IMG/VR virus record: IMGVR_UViG_3300023079_000003
DNA length: 64,000 nucleotides
Source: a virus
Strand: one strand, 5' to 3'
The notes under the pieces were generated by a model. The model saw nothing but the letters and a program-made list of their open reading frames with translations, did not search any database and was not told the origin of the DNA. The position numbers and the translations under genes were made by a program. Positions 27,020 through 36,078 of the stretch are shown here, piece by piece (position 1 is the first letter of the stretch; each line of letters opens with the position of its first letter).

Positions 27020-27501
27020 TGCGCAACGACATGGCGTTCCGGGCCGAGGTCGCCAAGCGCCGGGCCGAGGCCATCAAGCTCCGGCTGGCCGGGGCCACCT
27101 ACCAGCAGATCGCAGACTCCGAGCTGTACCCGGAGGGCACCCACAGGTCGCAAGCGTTCGTCGACATCAAACGCGCCCTGCAGGAGCACCAGGCTGAACT
27201 GCACGCCGACGTCGAGCTGCTGCGCACCGAGGACCTGCTCCGGCTCGACCGGCTGAACCTCGCCATGTGGCAGCGCGCGATCGGCGGCGACGTCCGCGCG
27301 GCAACGCTTTGCTTGAAGATCATCGAGCAGCGGAGCAAGCTCACGGGTACCGAGGCGCCCCAGCGCCACGCCTGGGAGAGCGAGTCCGATATTGACCGCG
27401 CCATACGAGACCTTCGAGAGCAGCTCGGCGAACCGGGACGACAAGGTCCGCCTGCTATCGAAACTGGAGGAGTTGCAGAGGCTTCGCCGACTGGCGACTG
27501 A
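27013..27501 (+). CDS. terS: Terminase small subunit (HTH type)
   Basis: RRAEAIKLRLAGATYQQIA...RLDRL..AMW..A..GD..A....IEQRSKL.G; lies directly upstream of TerL. Confidence 0.7.
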   Translation: MVMRNDMAFRAEVAKRRAEAIKLRLAGATYQQIADSELYPEGTHRSQAFVDIKRALQEHQAELHADVELLRTEDLLRLDRLNLAMWQRAIGGDVRAATLCLKIIEQRSKLTGTEAPQRHAWESESDIDRAIRDLREQLGEPGRQGPPAIETGGVAEASPTGD

Positions 27502-29038
27502 ACAGGCCCGCGCACGCTTCCTTGAGGTCAACCCCACCCCCGGGGTGTTCGCCCGGCGGATGCAACGCAACGTCAAGCAGACGCCGGCGCTTGACGCGAT
27601 CGACCGCGAGCTGGTCCGCCTCTCCCGCGTCCCGCTTGACCGTGGGCGGCTCATGGTGTTCGTCCCGCCACAGGAGGGCAAGTCCACCCGGGTCTCCTGC
27701 TGGTACCCGCTGTGGCGGCTCGCCCAGGACCCGACCCTCCGCATCGCCATCGTGTCCTACAACCAGGACAAGGCCCGCCGGTGGGGGCGCTGGCTCCGGG
27801 CCGCGATCCGAGGCTTCCCCGAGCTGGGCCTGACCCTGAAGAACGACAGCCGCGCATCTGACCACTTCGAGCTGACCTCCGGCGGGTCCGTCCTGTGCGT
27901 CGGTGTCGGCGGCGGCATCACCGGCGAACCGGTCGATGAGATGATCATCGACGACCCGGTGCGCGGCCGGGCCGAGGCAGAGTCCCCCCGCTACCGGGAA
28001 GCGGCCTGGGAGTGGTGGGAGTCGAACGGGGCCACCCGGTTGTCCTCCCGGGGCCGGGTGGTCCTCATGCTCACCCGCTGGCACGCGGACGACCTCGCCG
28101 GCAGGCTCATCAAGAACGAGCCCATGGAGTGGCACGTCCTGCGCATCCCCGCCATCCGGCACCCCGAACTGCCGGTCATCCGAGGGCACGACGGCGCCTC
28201 CGTCTACGACCCCAACGGTGAACTGATCTCCGTCCAGAACCGCAGGCCCGGCTACTACAAGGAGCTGAAGGCCAAACGGTCCGGGTACGTGTGGCGGTCG
28301 GTCTACGACCAGGACCCCGTGGCCGCAGAGGGCAACCTGTTCAAGCGCGACGACTTCCGGTTCTGGCAGCCGCTCCCGCGTGACCCGGCCCGGGTCGACG
28401 CCCTCTCCGGTGCGCGCATCCAGCTCCCCGACATCGGCGTCAACATCTACCTCGCGGACTACTGGCGGTTCATCACCGTCGACCTGGCCGCGTCGAAGAA
28501 GACCAGCGCCGACTTCACCGTCTGCTCCGTGTGGATGATCTTCGACGGGCACCTGATCCTCCTCGACCGCGTCCGAGGCCGGATCGAGGAGGCCGCGCAC
28601 TGGGACATGCTGCGCCCCCTCGTCGCTAAGTGGGCCGCCCCTGACGTGTTCGTCGAGCGAGGGTTCATCGGCACCACCCTCGTCATCGACGCCACGAAGC
28701 ACAACATCCGCATCCAGCCGGTCGACCCCGACACGGACAAGGTCACCCGGGCGCTGCCGGCGACCTACCGCACCGCCTCGCACACCTGCTGGTTCCCCGC
28801 CCAGGTCGACTGGCTGGACGAGTGGCTGGACGAACTGGCCGAGTTCCCCCAGGGCGCCCACGATGACCAGGTCGACACGTTCGCGTACGCGGCCCGCATC
28901 GCCTCCGCGCACTGGCTCCCCCCGGAGTCCCCCAAGCGCGAGACCGAGCAGACCGCAACGGCGGCCTCCGACCTGGCGTTCCAAGCCTCGACCGGGCAGT
29001 CCGGCGGGGTCGACTTCTTCAAGAACTGGCCTGTCTAG
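27392..29038 (+). CDS. terL: Terminase large subunit
   Basis: PPQEGKS Walker A, IIDDPVRG Walker B, TRWHADDLAG, VDLA...DFT, FPQGAHDDQVD. Confidence 0.95.
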   Translation: MTAPYETFESSSANRDDKVRLLSKLEELQRLRRLATEQARARFLEVNPTPGVFARRMQRNVKQTPALDAIDRELVRLSRVPLDRGRLMVFVPPQEGKSTRVSCWYPLWRLAQDPTLRIAIVSYNQDKARRWGRWLRAAIRGFPELGLTLKNDSRASDHFELTSGGSVLCVGVGGGITGEPVDEMIIDDPVRGRAEAESPRYREAAWEWWESNGATRLSSRGRVVLMLTRWHADDLAGRLIKNEPMEWHVLRIPAIRHPELPVIRGHDGASVYDPNGELISVQNRRPGYYKELKAKRSGYVWRSVYDQDPVAAEGNLFKRDDFRFWQPLPRDPARVDALSGARIQLPDIGVNIYLADYWRFITVDLAASKKTSADFTVCSVWMIFDGHLILLDRVRGRIEEAAHWDMLRPLVAKWAAPDVFVERGFIGTTLVIDATKHNIRIQPVDPDTDKVTRALPATYRTASHTCWFPAQVDWLDEWLDELAEFPQGAHDDQVDTFAYAARIASAHWLPPESPKRETEQTATAASDLAFQASTGQSGGVDFFKNWPV

Positions 29039-29047
29039 GAGGCACCC

Positions 29048-29212
29048 GTGTCCGCTCTCGCCGCCGTCATCTTCTTCGCCCTGGCCCTGATCCTCGACGT
29101 CCTCGACCAGTCCGGCGACCTGGTGTCGACCTTCACCCTGGCCGGGCTGCTCTGCATCGCCCTGCACCTCACCGGATTCATCACCGCCGGACCGTGGACC
29201 CGCCGGCAGTGA
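29048..29212 (+). CDS. Small 2-TM membrane protein (54 aa, not in the ORF track)
   Basis: VSALAAVIFFALALILDVLDQSGDLVSTFTLAGLLCIALHL...; AGGAGG RBS. Confidence 0.7.
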   Translation: MSALAAVIFFALALILDVLDQSGDLVSTFTLAGLLCIALHLTGFITAGPWTRRQ

Positions 29213-29958
29213 CCTACCCCCGGCCGTACCGGCTCCTCGGGTCGAACAGCGAACTCGCCGGGGAGCGCATCCTGAACTGGTCGCTCCCCGCCTGGGCCGG
29301 GCGGCTCAAGGACGGCCGCACCTACAACACCTGCCCGCAGGCCGGCGTCTGCCACCTCGCCTGCTACGCCCTGTCCGGCACCTACCGGTTCTCCAACGTC
29401 CGAGCCCGGCACGAGGCCAACCTGGCGTACGTCCTCGACGACCTCCCCCGCTGGCACGACCACATGTGCTGGGAGCTGTCCCGCCGCAAGCGCACCTTCA
29501 CCTGGGTTCGCATCCACGACTCCGGCGACTTCTTCTCGGACGACTACACCAACGCCTGGCTGTCGATCATCCGGAACACCCCCGAGATGGCCTTCTACGC
29601 CTACACCAAAGAGGTCGACCGGTTCCGGCGTCTCGTCGAGCCCGACCCGCCCGGGAACTTCCTCTGGGCGTACTCCTGGGGCGGTAAGCAGGATCGTCAG
29701 CTTGATGACCAGCGCGACCGGGTAGCGGACGTCTTCCCCGACATGGCGTCCATGCAGGCCGCCGGCTACTCCGACCAGTCCGAGTCCGACGTCCTCGCCG
29801 TCACCGGCCCGAGGCAGGTGGGCATCCACGTGAACAACATCCCCCACCTGAAGAAGAAGCAGGGGCCGCGATCATTCCGGGCGTGGCAGCGGGAGGCAGA
29901 CGCCAAGCACGATCAGCGCGGCCAGCGGGCCAACGGCACCAGCATCGACCGGAGCTGA
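29209..29958 (+). CDS. GP88-family protein
   Basis: WSLPA...TCPQAGVCHLACYA...WVRIHDSGDFF...FYAYTK. Confidence 0.75.
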   Translation: MTYPRPYRLLGSNSELAGERILNWSLPAWAGRLKDGRTYNTCPQAGVCHLACYALSGTYRFSNVRARHEANLAYVLDDLPRWHDHMCWELSRRKRTFTWVRIHDSGDFFSDDYTNAWLSIIRNTPEMAFYAYTKEVDRFRRLVEPDPPGNFLWAYSWGGKQDRQLDDQRDRVADVFPDMASMQAAGYSDQSESDVLAVTGPRQVGIHVNNIPHLKKKQGPRSFRAWQREADAKHDQRGQRANGTSIDRS

Positions 29959-30251
29959 TCGGTCATCGCCTGCTGCGCCCGGGCGGCCGTGGTCAGCACC
30001 GCATCGGACACCAGGGCAACCCCCGGGAACACGAGCTGGGCGTGCTCCGGGTGGTCCTCGAACCAGTGCTGGACCATCGGGATCTCCCACGCCACACGGG
30101 TCATCTTCAGCGTGTAGGTGCCGTTTGTGCCCCAGGTCGTGGTCATCTGCGCGGGCGGCTCGATCACGTTGAACGGGCACCACGGGCAGTCATGCTGATG
30201 AGACGGCCCGAAGGCAGTCGTCGAGTCATCGGTGCGGGTCAGGTCAGACAT
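29913..30251 (-). CDS. Hypothetical protein (reverse island)
   Basis: GGAG RBS; CPWC; overlaps the GP88 3' end. Confidence 0.6.
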   Translation of the reverse strand: MSDLTRTDDSTTAFGPSHQHDCPWCPFNVIEPPAQMTTTWGTNGTYTLKMTRVAWEIPMVQHWFEDHPEHAQLVFPGVALVSDAVLTTAARAQQAMTDQLRSMLVPLARWPR

Positions 30252-30465
30252 TGAGGCTCCAGACGAAACCGGCGAGCGAGAGCAGCCCGGCCGTGGCGAA
30301 GACCCCGCCGACGGCGAGCAGGATGTGCCGGCGCGGATACCGGGTCGACCGGTCGGCCGCGAGCAGCCCGACAGCGGCGAGACCGGCAAGGAGCGCGTAC
30401 GTGGGCAGCACGTACAGGTAGAACTCGATCGGCGCCCCGGACGGGTCGGTCCACGGCTCACTCAT
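30244..30465 (-). CDS. Membrane protein (2 TM)
   Basis: Hydrophobic hairpin; coupled. Confidence 0.7.
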   Translation of the reverse strand: MSEPWTDPSGAPIEFYLYVLPTYALLAGLAAVGLLAADRSTRYPRRHILLAVGGVFATAGLLSLAGFVWSLNV

Positions 30466-30667
30466 CGAGCAGCACCGTGACGAAGCAGTGCCCGGTGAAC
30501 GGGTCGATGATCGAGTCAAGGCAGGTGCCGATCACCTGGTTCTCGTGGTCGACCGTCACCCACCCGCCGCAACCGGCGCAGGTCTCCACCGCCGGCACGA
30601 TGTTCAGCTCAACCTCAGTCACCGGGCAGGTGGGCGTGGCCGTGCACTTCACCAGGTACTTAGCCAT
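30458..30667 (-). CDS. Small Cys-rich protein
   Basis: C...TC...CAGCG...C...HC. Confidence 0.65.
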   Translation of the reverse strand: MAKYLVKCTATPTCPVTEVELNIVPAVETCAGCGGWVTVDHENQVIGTCLDSIIDPFTGHCFVTVLLDE

Positions 30668-30700
30668 CGTTCCGGGCCAGCTCCGGGTGGGGCGGCGCGC

Positions 30701-30832
30701 TCATTCGGCACCTCGGTGGCGGATGCTCCGAGTGTCGTGACGGGTCACCCAGCAGGCGGCCGCCCAACCGATCCCACCGGCCAGCACGACGCCCAACACG
30801 GTCAGCAGCAGGGCCGAAGCCGCAGGGCTCAT
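30701..30832 (-). CDS. Single-TM microprotein (43 aa, not in the ORF track)
   Basis: MSPAASALLLTVLGVVLAGGIGWAAACW...; ATGA overlap with the upstream gene. Confidence 0.55.
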   Translation of the reverse strand: MSPAASALLLTVLGVVLAGGIGWAAACWVTRHDTRSIRHRGAE

Positions 30833-31038
30833 CGGACCAACCCCGGGTAACCCTCGACCACGATCTCCTCAAGCTCGGTGAGCATCCGTTCCTTCTCCTC
30901 CCGGGTAGGGATGAAGACGTGCGGGTGCACGGTCGACCGCTGCACGTCGTCGAAGGTCAGCCCGCAGTTGTCGGGCAGCCCGGCCGTGTCCTTCAGGAAC
31001 TCGTCCATGCCGTTCGCGGTGCGGATCACGACTTCCAA
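30829..31038 (-). CDS. Hypothetical protein
   Basis: GGAGG at the start; coupled. Confidence 0.65.
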   Translation of the reverse strand: MEVVIRTANGMDEFLKDTAGLPDNCGLTFDDVQRSTVHPHVFIPTREEKERMLTELEEIVVEGYPGLVR

Positions 31039-31457
31039 CCCTCCGGTGGGACTTCGACCAGGTCCGGTTCACCCACCCTGGCCAGGTAGCCGGCGGCGAT
31101 GAACTCGATCATCGCGTCGAGGCTCTTGAACTGGTTTCGGGCGAGCATCCCCTCTGCCCCCTTATCTTCCCACCACCTGGCGCAATTAGCACGTGCGATC
31201 TCACGCGCGCGCTCCTCGGTGATGTCGACAAAGACCCTGCTCCCGGCCGGTGGCCGGTAGTCCGGCCGTGGCACATCGGCCGTCCAGTTCACATGCGTCG
31301 CCGCCTTCCCGCTACGCAGCGTGATCACAAACGGTGTCACCCCGTCACGCGAGTTCCACACCTGCTCCTCTTCCGTGCCGTCATCCGACCGGTACGTCAT
31401 CACGCAATACCGCTCCCGGTGCAAATACCCGGGCTGACCTGCAAGTTCATCGCTCAT
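31026..31457 (-). CDS. Hypothetical protein
   Basis: GGTGG RBS; first gene of the reverse island. Confidence 0.7.
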   Translation of the reverse strand: MSDELAGQPGYLHRERYCVMTYRSDDGTEEEQVWNSRDGVTPFVITLRSGKAATHVNWTADVPRPDYRPPAGSRVFVDITEERAREIARANCARWWEDKGAEGMLARNQFKSLDAMIEFIAAGYLARVGEPDLVEVPPEGWKS

Positions 31458-31486
31458 CCCACCACCGTAAAGGAGGACACCCCACC

Positions 31487-32812
31487 GTGGCATTTGCCGA
31501 AGCACCTCGCGTTGCCGCCGGTTACGTGTCCGAGGACTACCTCTATGGCGCGACCACCCAAGACCTCATGGAGTCCGTGCCGGCACTGGCCTGGCCTGAC
31601 TCCGTCCGCACCTACAACGCGATGCGCTTCGACCCGCAGATCCAGGGCGTCCTCTCCGCCTACTCCCTGCCCCTGCAGTCCGCCGACTACCTGCTCAACC
31701 CGAAGGGCTGCCGAGACGAGGTCGTCGAGCTGTGCGCCGGCGCGTACGGGATGCAGATCCTCGGGGACAACGACGGCCCTGGCCCATTCGTCCGGCGCGG
31801 CGTCCAGTGGGCCGACCACCTCCGCCTCGCCCTGCTCATGCTCCCGTTCGGCCACATGCCGTTCGCCTTCTCAGGTGACATCGAGGGCACCCCCCGCCGC
31901 TACCGGCTCAAGGTGCTGTCCGAGCGGATGCCCCAGACGATCACGAAGATCGAGGTCACACGGCAGGGCGAACTGTCCGACGTCTGGCAGTTCGGGGAGA
32001 AAGACCCGATGAAGGCCAACGCCCTGCTCTGGTACGTCCACAACCGGGAGGGCGCGAACTGGGTCGGCCAGTCGATGCTGCGCTCCGCATACGCCCCCTG
32101 GCTGATCAAGCACGAGATGTGGCGGGTCCTGGCCACCAGCTCCCGCCGGTTCGGCATGGGCATCCCCGCCGTCGAGGCACCCCCCGGCGGCACCGACGCG
32201 CAGGTCCAAGAAGCAGCCCGGCTTGCGGCCGCCATGCGGGTCGGAGACACCGCCGGCATGGGCCTGCCCTCCGGGTTCATCGCCAAGATCGTCGGCATGA
32301 CCGGGTCGGTGCCCGACACCCTGGCCTTCGTCCGCTACCTCGACCAGCAGATCGCCCAGTCCGTCCTCGCGTCCGTCCTCACCCTCGACGCCACCCCGAA
32401 CGGGTCGCGCGCACTCGGGGACACCCTCGTCGGCCTGCTGAAGATGTCCTGGCTGGCCACCGCGAGGGAGATCATCTACCCCGCGAACAACCTCCTGGCC
32501 AAGCTGGTCGACTGGAACTTCGGGGAGAACGAGCCGGTCCCCTCCATCCAGGTGACCAACCTCAACCGGCCCGAGATCACCGCCGAAGCCGTCAAGGCCC
32601 TCATGGACGCCGGCGCGGTCAAGTACGACCCGAACCTCGAGGCCGCCATCCGGGAGAACTACCAGCTCCCCGAGCGCGACGAGACGTACGTCCCCCCGGC
32701 GCCGCCGCAGATCGGCCCCGCCCCCACAGACCCGCCGGAGGGCGAGCCCGCCGGCGTCGGCAAGACCACCACCACAACGACCGCCCCCGCCACCGAACCC
32801 GCAGGCGCCTGA
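31487..32812 (+). CDS. Portal protein (Mu gp29/DUF935-like)
   Basis: AAGGAGG RBS; MRFDPQIQGVL, G.S.LR.AY.PWLIK, RFGMGIP, GSRALG; position after TerL. Confidence 0.85.
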   Translation: MAFAEAPRVAAGYVSEDYLYGATTQDLMESVPALAWPDSVRTYNAMRFDPQIQGVLSAYSLPLQSADYLLNPKGCRDEVVELCAGAYGMQILGDNDGPGPFVRRGVQWADHLRLALLMLPFGHMPFAFSGDIEGTPRRYRLKVLSERMPQTITKIEVTRQGELSDVWQFGEKDPMKANALLWYVHNREGANWVGQSMLRSAYAPWLIKHEMWRVLATSSRRFGMGIPAVEAPPGGTDAQVQEAARLAAAMRVGDTAGMGLPSGFIAKIVGMTGSVPDTLAFVRYLDQQIAQSVLASVLTLDATPNGSRALGDTLVGLLKMSWLATAREIIYPANNLLAKLVDWNFGENEPVPSIQVTNLNRPEITAEAVKALMDAGAVKYDPNLEAAIRENYQLPERDETYVPPAPPQIGPAPTDPPEGEPAGVGKTTTTTTAPATEPAGA

Positions 32813-32823
32813 AAGGACCAGCC

Positions 32824-34194
32824 ATGCCCCCAGTCAACGAGCAGCCGACACCCCGCCGGCGGGTACGACTCCTCGCCAACATGGAGGAGGAGTTCATCGA
32901 GCCCGGTGTGCGCACCGAGGACGAGACCGCCTCCGTCGCCAAGATTTACTTCTACGACGAGGTCGGCGGCTGGGGCGTCTGGCCGGACGAGTTCCAGCGG
33001 CAGCTCTCCCGCATCACCGCACCGGTCATCGAGCTGCACATCCACTCGCCCGGCGGTGACGCCTTCGACGGCATCGCCATCTACAACATGCTCCGGCAGC
33101 ACGACGCCAAGGTGAACGTCGTGGTCGACGGTCTCGCCGCGTCCGCAGCGTCCGTCATCGCCATGGCCGGTGACCGCATCCAGATGTCCAAGGGCTCCCA
33201 GCTCATGGTCCACGACGCCTGGGGCATGTCCGTCGGCCCGGCCGACGAGATGGAGAAGATGGCCGGTGAGCTGAACCGGATGTCGGACCAGATCGCCGGG
33301 ATCTACCAGGCCCGCGCCGGCGGCACCGTCAAGGGCTGGCGCAAGGCCATGACCGAGGAGTCCTGGTACTCGGACAAGGAAGCGGTCGAGGCAGGGCTGG
33401 CCACGCACGTCGAGCCGAAGCAGACCGCCGCGAAGAACCGGTGGGCCACCGGCGAAATCTTCGCCTACGCAGGCCGGGAAGAGGCGGGCGAGCCCGACTT
33501 CCCCGGCGGCCGGAAGAAGCCCACCCCCGTATCTCCTGCTGCCGCCGCGCAGCAGATGGCCGCCGCCGCCAAGGCGCGCAGAGCGGCACTCGAAACCCCC
33601 GACGCCAACCAGGCGACCGGGTCCACCACCAATCCAGAGGAGGCGCCGACCATGCCGGTTGACGTCGCAAAGCTCCGGGAAGCGTTGGGCCTGGCGCCCG
33701 AGGCTGCCACCGACGCGGCTGTGGAGACGTTCGGTAACGCTCTCTCCGCAGCCCTGAGCGGCGGGGCCACCGCTCCCGCCACCACCACGCCGGCGGCGGC
33801 CACCGCCCCGGCCAACACCACGCAGACCGACCTCGTGCCCCCGCCGCAGGTCAACGCCGCCGGGCGCGAGTCCGGTGCGGTCCTGCTCGACCCCGACACC
33901 CTCCGCAAGCTGCAGGAGTCCGCGCAGAAGGGCGAAACCGCCTGGGCGCAGATGAAGCGCAACGAGCGGGACGGGGTCATCCTCGCCGCGATCAACGCCG
34001 GGAAGTTCCCCCCGGAGCGCGAGGAGTACTGGAAGCAGCTCTGGGACCGCGACCCGGACGGCACCCGGGCCAGCATCGAGCAGCTCGCGTCCAACGTCAT
34101 CCCCGTGCTGTCCGCCGGCTACCTCGGTGACGACAGCGCCCACCGCTCGCGCGACGCGCAGGCGTACGCGGGCCTGTACGGCGAGGAGGGCTAA
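32824..34194 (+). CDS. ClpP-type head maturation protease fused to a scaffolding domain
   Basis: HIHSPGGDAFDGIAIYN, GLAASAASVIAMAG, MVHD, EESWYS..EAVEAGLA; C-terminal AINAGKFPP. Confidence 0.9.
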   Translation: MPPVNEQPTPRRRVRLLANMEEEFIEPGVRTEDETASVAKIYFYDEVGGWGVWPDEFQRQLSRITAPVIELHIHSPGGDAFDGIAIYNMLRQHDAKVNVVVDGLAASAASVIAMAGDRIQMSKGSQLMVHDAWGMSVGPADEMEKMAGELNRMSDQIAGIYQARAGGTVKGWRKAMTEESWYSDKEAVEAGLATHVEPKQTAAKNRWATGEIFAYAGREEAGEPDFPGGRKKPTPVSPAAAAQQMAAAAKARRAALETPDANQATGSTTNPEEAPTMPVDVAKLREALGLAPEAATDAAVETFGNALSAALSGGATAPATTTPAAATAPANTTQTDLVPPPQVNAAGRESGAVLLDPDTLRKLQESAQKGETAWAQMKRNERDGVILAAINAGKFPPEREEYWKQLWDRDPDGTRASIEQLASNVIPVLSAGYLGDDSAHRSRDAQAYAGLYGEEG

Positions 34195-34199
34195 GCCTG

Positions 34200-34580
34200 A
34201 TGCCCGACTACACGCCAGTCCACACCGGCGGGGCCATCCCGTTCACCTCTCAGGCGTCGGTCGACGTGATCGGTGGCCGACTGGTCGCCGTCACCGGCGC
34301 CAACACGGTCGGCCCCGCCGGCGCAGCCTCCGCGATCGTGCTCGGCGTGGCCGCGCACGACGCCCTGGCCAACACCAAGGTCGCAGTGTGGCCGATCCGG
34401 AACGTCACCCACCAGATCACCTCGACCGGCACGATCGCCGCCGCTGACGGCATCGTCTCTGGCGCGGCCGGTGTCGCAGCGACCGCCGTGGTCGCCACCG
34501 CCGCCGCTGCCGGCACCCTCCTCGGCATTGCCGAGACCGGGGCGACCGGCGGTAACGAAGTTCGGTTCCTGGGCCGCTAG
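34200..34580 (+). CDS. Capsid decoration (cement) protein 1, DUF2190-like
   Basis: MPDYTP...TSQAS..V.GGRLV.VTG..TV...LGVA.HD; located just before the MCP. Confidence 0.7.
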   Translation: MPDYTPVHTGGAIPFTSQASVDVIGGRLVAVTGANTVGPAGAASAIVLGVAAHDALANTKVAVWPIRNVTHQITSTGTIAAADGIVSGAAGVAATAVVATAAAAGTLLGIAETGATGGNEVRFLGR

Positions 34581-34583
34581 CTC

Positions 34584-35039
34584 ATGACCGACTACACCCC
34601 CATCGCCCTGCCCGGCCAGACCTGGACGTTCCAGGCGTCGACCGCCATCGCCGGCGGCGACATGGTCGAGATCACGGGCAACAACGCGGTGGGCAAAGTC
34701 GCCACTCTCGCCTCACGGGCCTTCATCGGCGTCGCCAACAACGACACGGCGATCGGAGCCAAGGTGACCGTCACCCTGGCCCACGCCATCCACGAGTCGA
34801 TCGCGGACGGGACGGTGGCGGCGGGCGACCAGCTCACCACCACCAACACCGCCAACCGCCAGGTGAAGTCACTCGGCGCCGCAGCGCTGAACGTCGACGT
34901 CACCGGCACCCCCTCCGAAGCCACCATCGAGGCATTCAACCCGGCCATCAACACGGCCGTGAACCAGGCACGAGCCATCATCGGCATCGCCCTCACCGGG
35001 GCTGCCGACAACGCGTTGGTCCGCTGGGCTCAGCGGTAA
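34584..35039 (+). CDS. Capsid decoration (cement) protein 2, paralogue of protein 1
   Basis: MTDYTP...TFQAS.AI.GGDMV.ITG...V...IGVA.ND. Confidence 0.7.
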   Translation: MTDYTPIALPGQTWTFQASTAIAGGDMVEITGNNAVGKVATLASRAFIGVANNDTAIGAKVTVTLAHAIHESIADGTVAAGDQLTTTNTANRQVKSLGAAALNVDVTGTPSEATIEAFNPAINTAVNQARAIIGIALTGAADNALVRWAQR

Positions 35040-35062
35040 GCCGACGGGAATAGGGGAAAGGT

Positions 35063-35995
35063 ATGCCGCACATTTACCCGCCGGCTGCACCCACCATCAC
35101 CGGCGACGTCATCACCATCAGCAGGTTCCTCAACAGCCCCGCCGCCGTCGCGCGGCGCCTGCGGACCCTCGCTGAGAACCGCTTCATCGCGGACGCACTC
35201 CTCACCGGCCGCTACGAGGTCGCCGGCGGGTCGCTGCTCTACGAGCAGACCGAGTCGATGTTCACGAACCGGCCGCCGGAGATCGTCGGCCCCGGTGCCG
35301 AATACCCGCGCTCGGCGGCAACGCCCGGCACGGCCGCGATGGCGTCGGTCAGCAAGTGGGGCCAGGACGTCCCGGTGACGGACGAGCACATCGGCCGCTA
35401 CGGTCGGCGCGCGGTCGACGTCGCCATGCTCAAGATCGTCAACTACCTGGTCAAGCAGGTCGACACGATCTCCCTGGCGGCGATCAACGCCGCGATCACC
35501 AACACCGCAGGCGCGACCGGCGGCGGCGGCTGGTCCGGTGCCAGCGCGGACCCGCTGCTCGACCTCATGCTCGCGCAGGCCGCGATCATCGGCCAGGACC
35601 AGGGTTACGACCCGGACACCGTCGTGATGTCCGACGTGGCGTACGCGCGCCTCGTCTCCAACCAGAAGATCATCGCGGGTCTGACCCGTGAGAACGACAA
35701 CAGCATCACCCGCACCGGTGACGTTCTCGTCATCGCGGGTCTGCGCATCCTGCCGACCAACAACCTGCCGGGCGGTGCAGCGACGAGCGTCTTCGTCGTC
35801 GACTCCACCATGCTCGGCGGCATCGGCTACGAGCGCATCCCGTCGCCCGAGTACCAGGGCGACCCGGCGAACGGCGTGGAGTCGTGGTCGCGCCGCGACC
35901 CGTCCGCGAACGACCAGTGGATCGTGCGAGGCCGGCGTCCCATGGTGCCGGTCGTGCAGGAGCCCGGCGCAGGCTACAAGATCACCGGCGTCTAG
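35063..35995 (+). CDS. Major capsid protein (HK97 fold)
   Basis: 310 aa; size and position; KWG.D..VTDE...R, PDTVVM, LRILPTNNLP. Confidence 0.85.
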   Translation: MPHIYPPAAPTITGDVITISRFLNSPAAVARRLRTLAENRFIADALLTGRYEVAGGSLLYEQTESMFTNRPPEIVGPGAEYPRSAATPGTAAMASVSKWGQDVPVTDEHIGRYGRRAVDVAMLKIVNYLVKQVDTISLAAINAAITNTAGATGGGGWSGASADPLLDLMLAQAAIIGQDQGYDPDTVVMSDVAYARLVSNQKIIAGLTRENDNSITRTGDVLVIAGLRILPTNNLPGGAATSVFVVDSTMLGGIGYERIPSPEYQGDPANGVESWSRRDPSANDQWIVRGRRPMVPVVQEPGAGYKITGV

Positions 35996-36008
35996 ATCCG
36001 CATCCCCT

Positions 36009-36038
36009 CCGGGCCGCCCGCACAGCCGGGCGGCCCGG
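36009..36038 (+). terminator. 12-bp GC stem-loop after the MCP (U-less terminator or attenuator)
   Basis: CCGGGCCGCCCG-cacagc-CGGGCGGCCCGG. Confidence 0.6.
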
Positions 36039-36078
36039 CCAGATCGCGGCTACGGGCCGCAGAAGGTGAGACACCCCC

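Noticed and set aside
27455-29167. 570-aa minus-strand ORF
   Set aside because: Shadow of terL.
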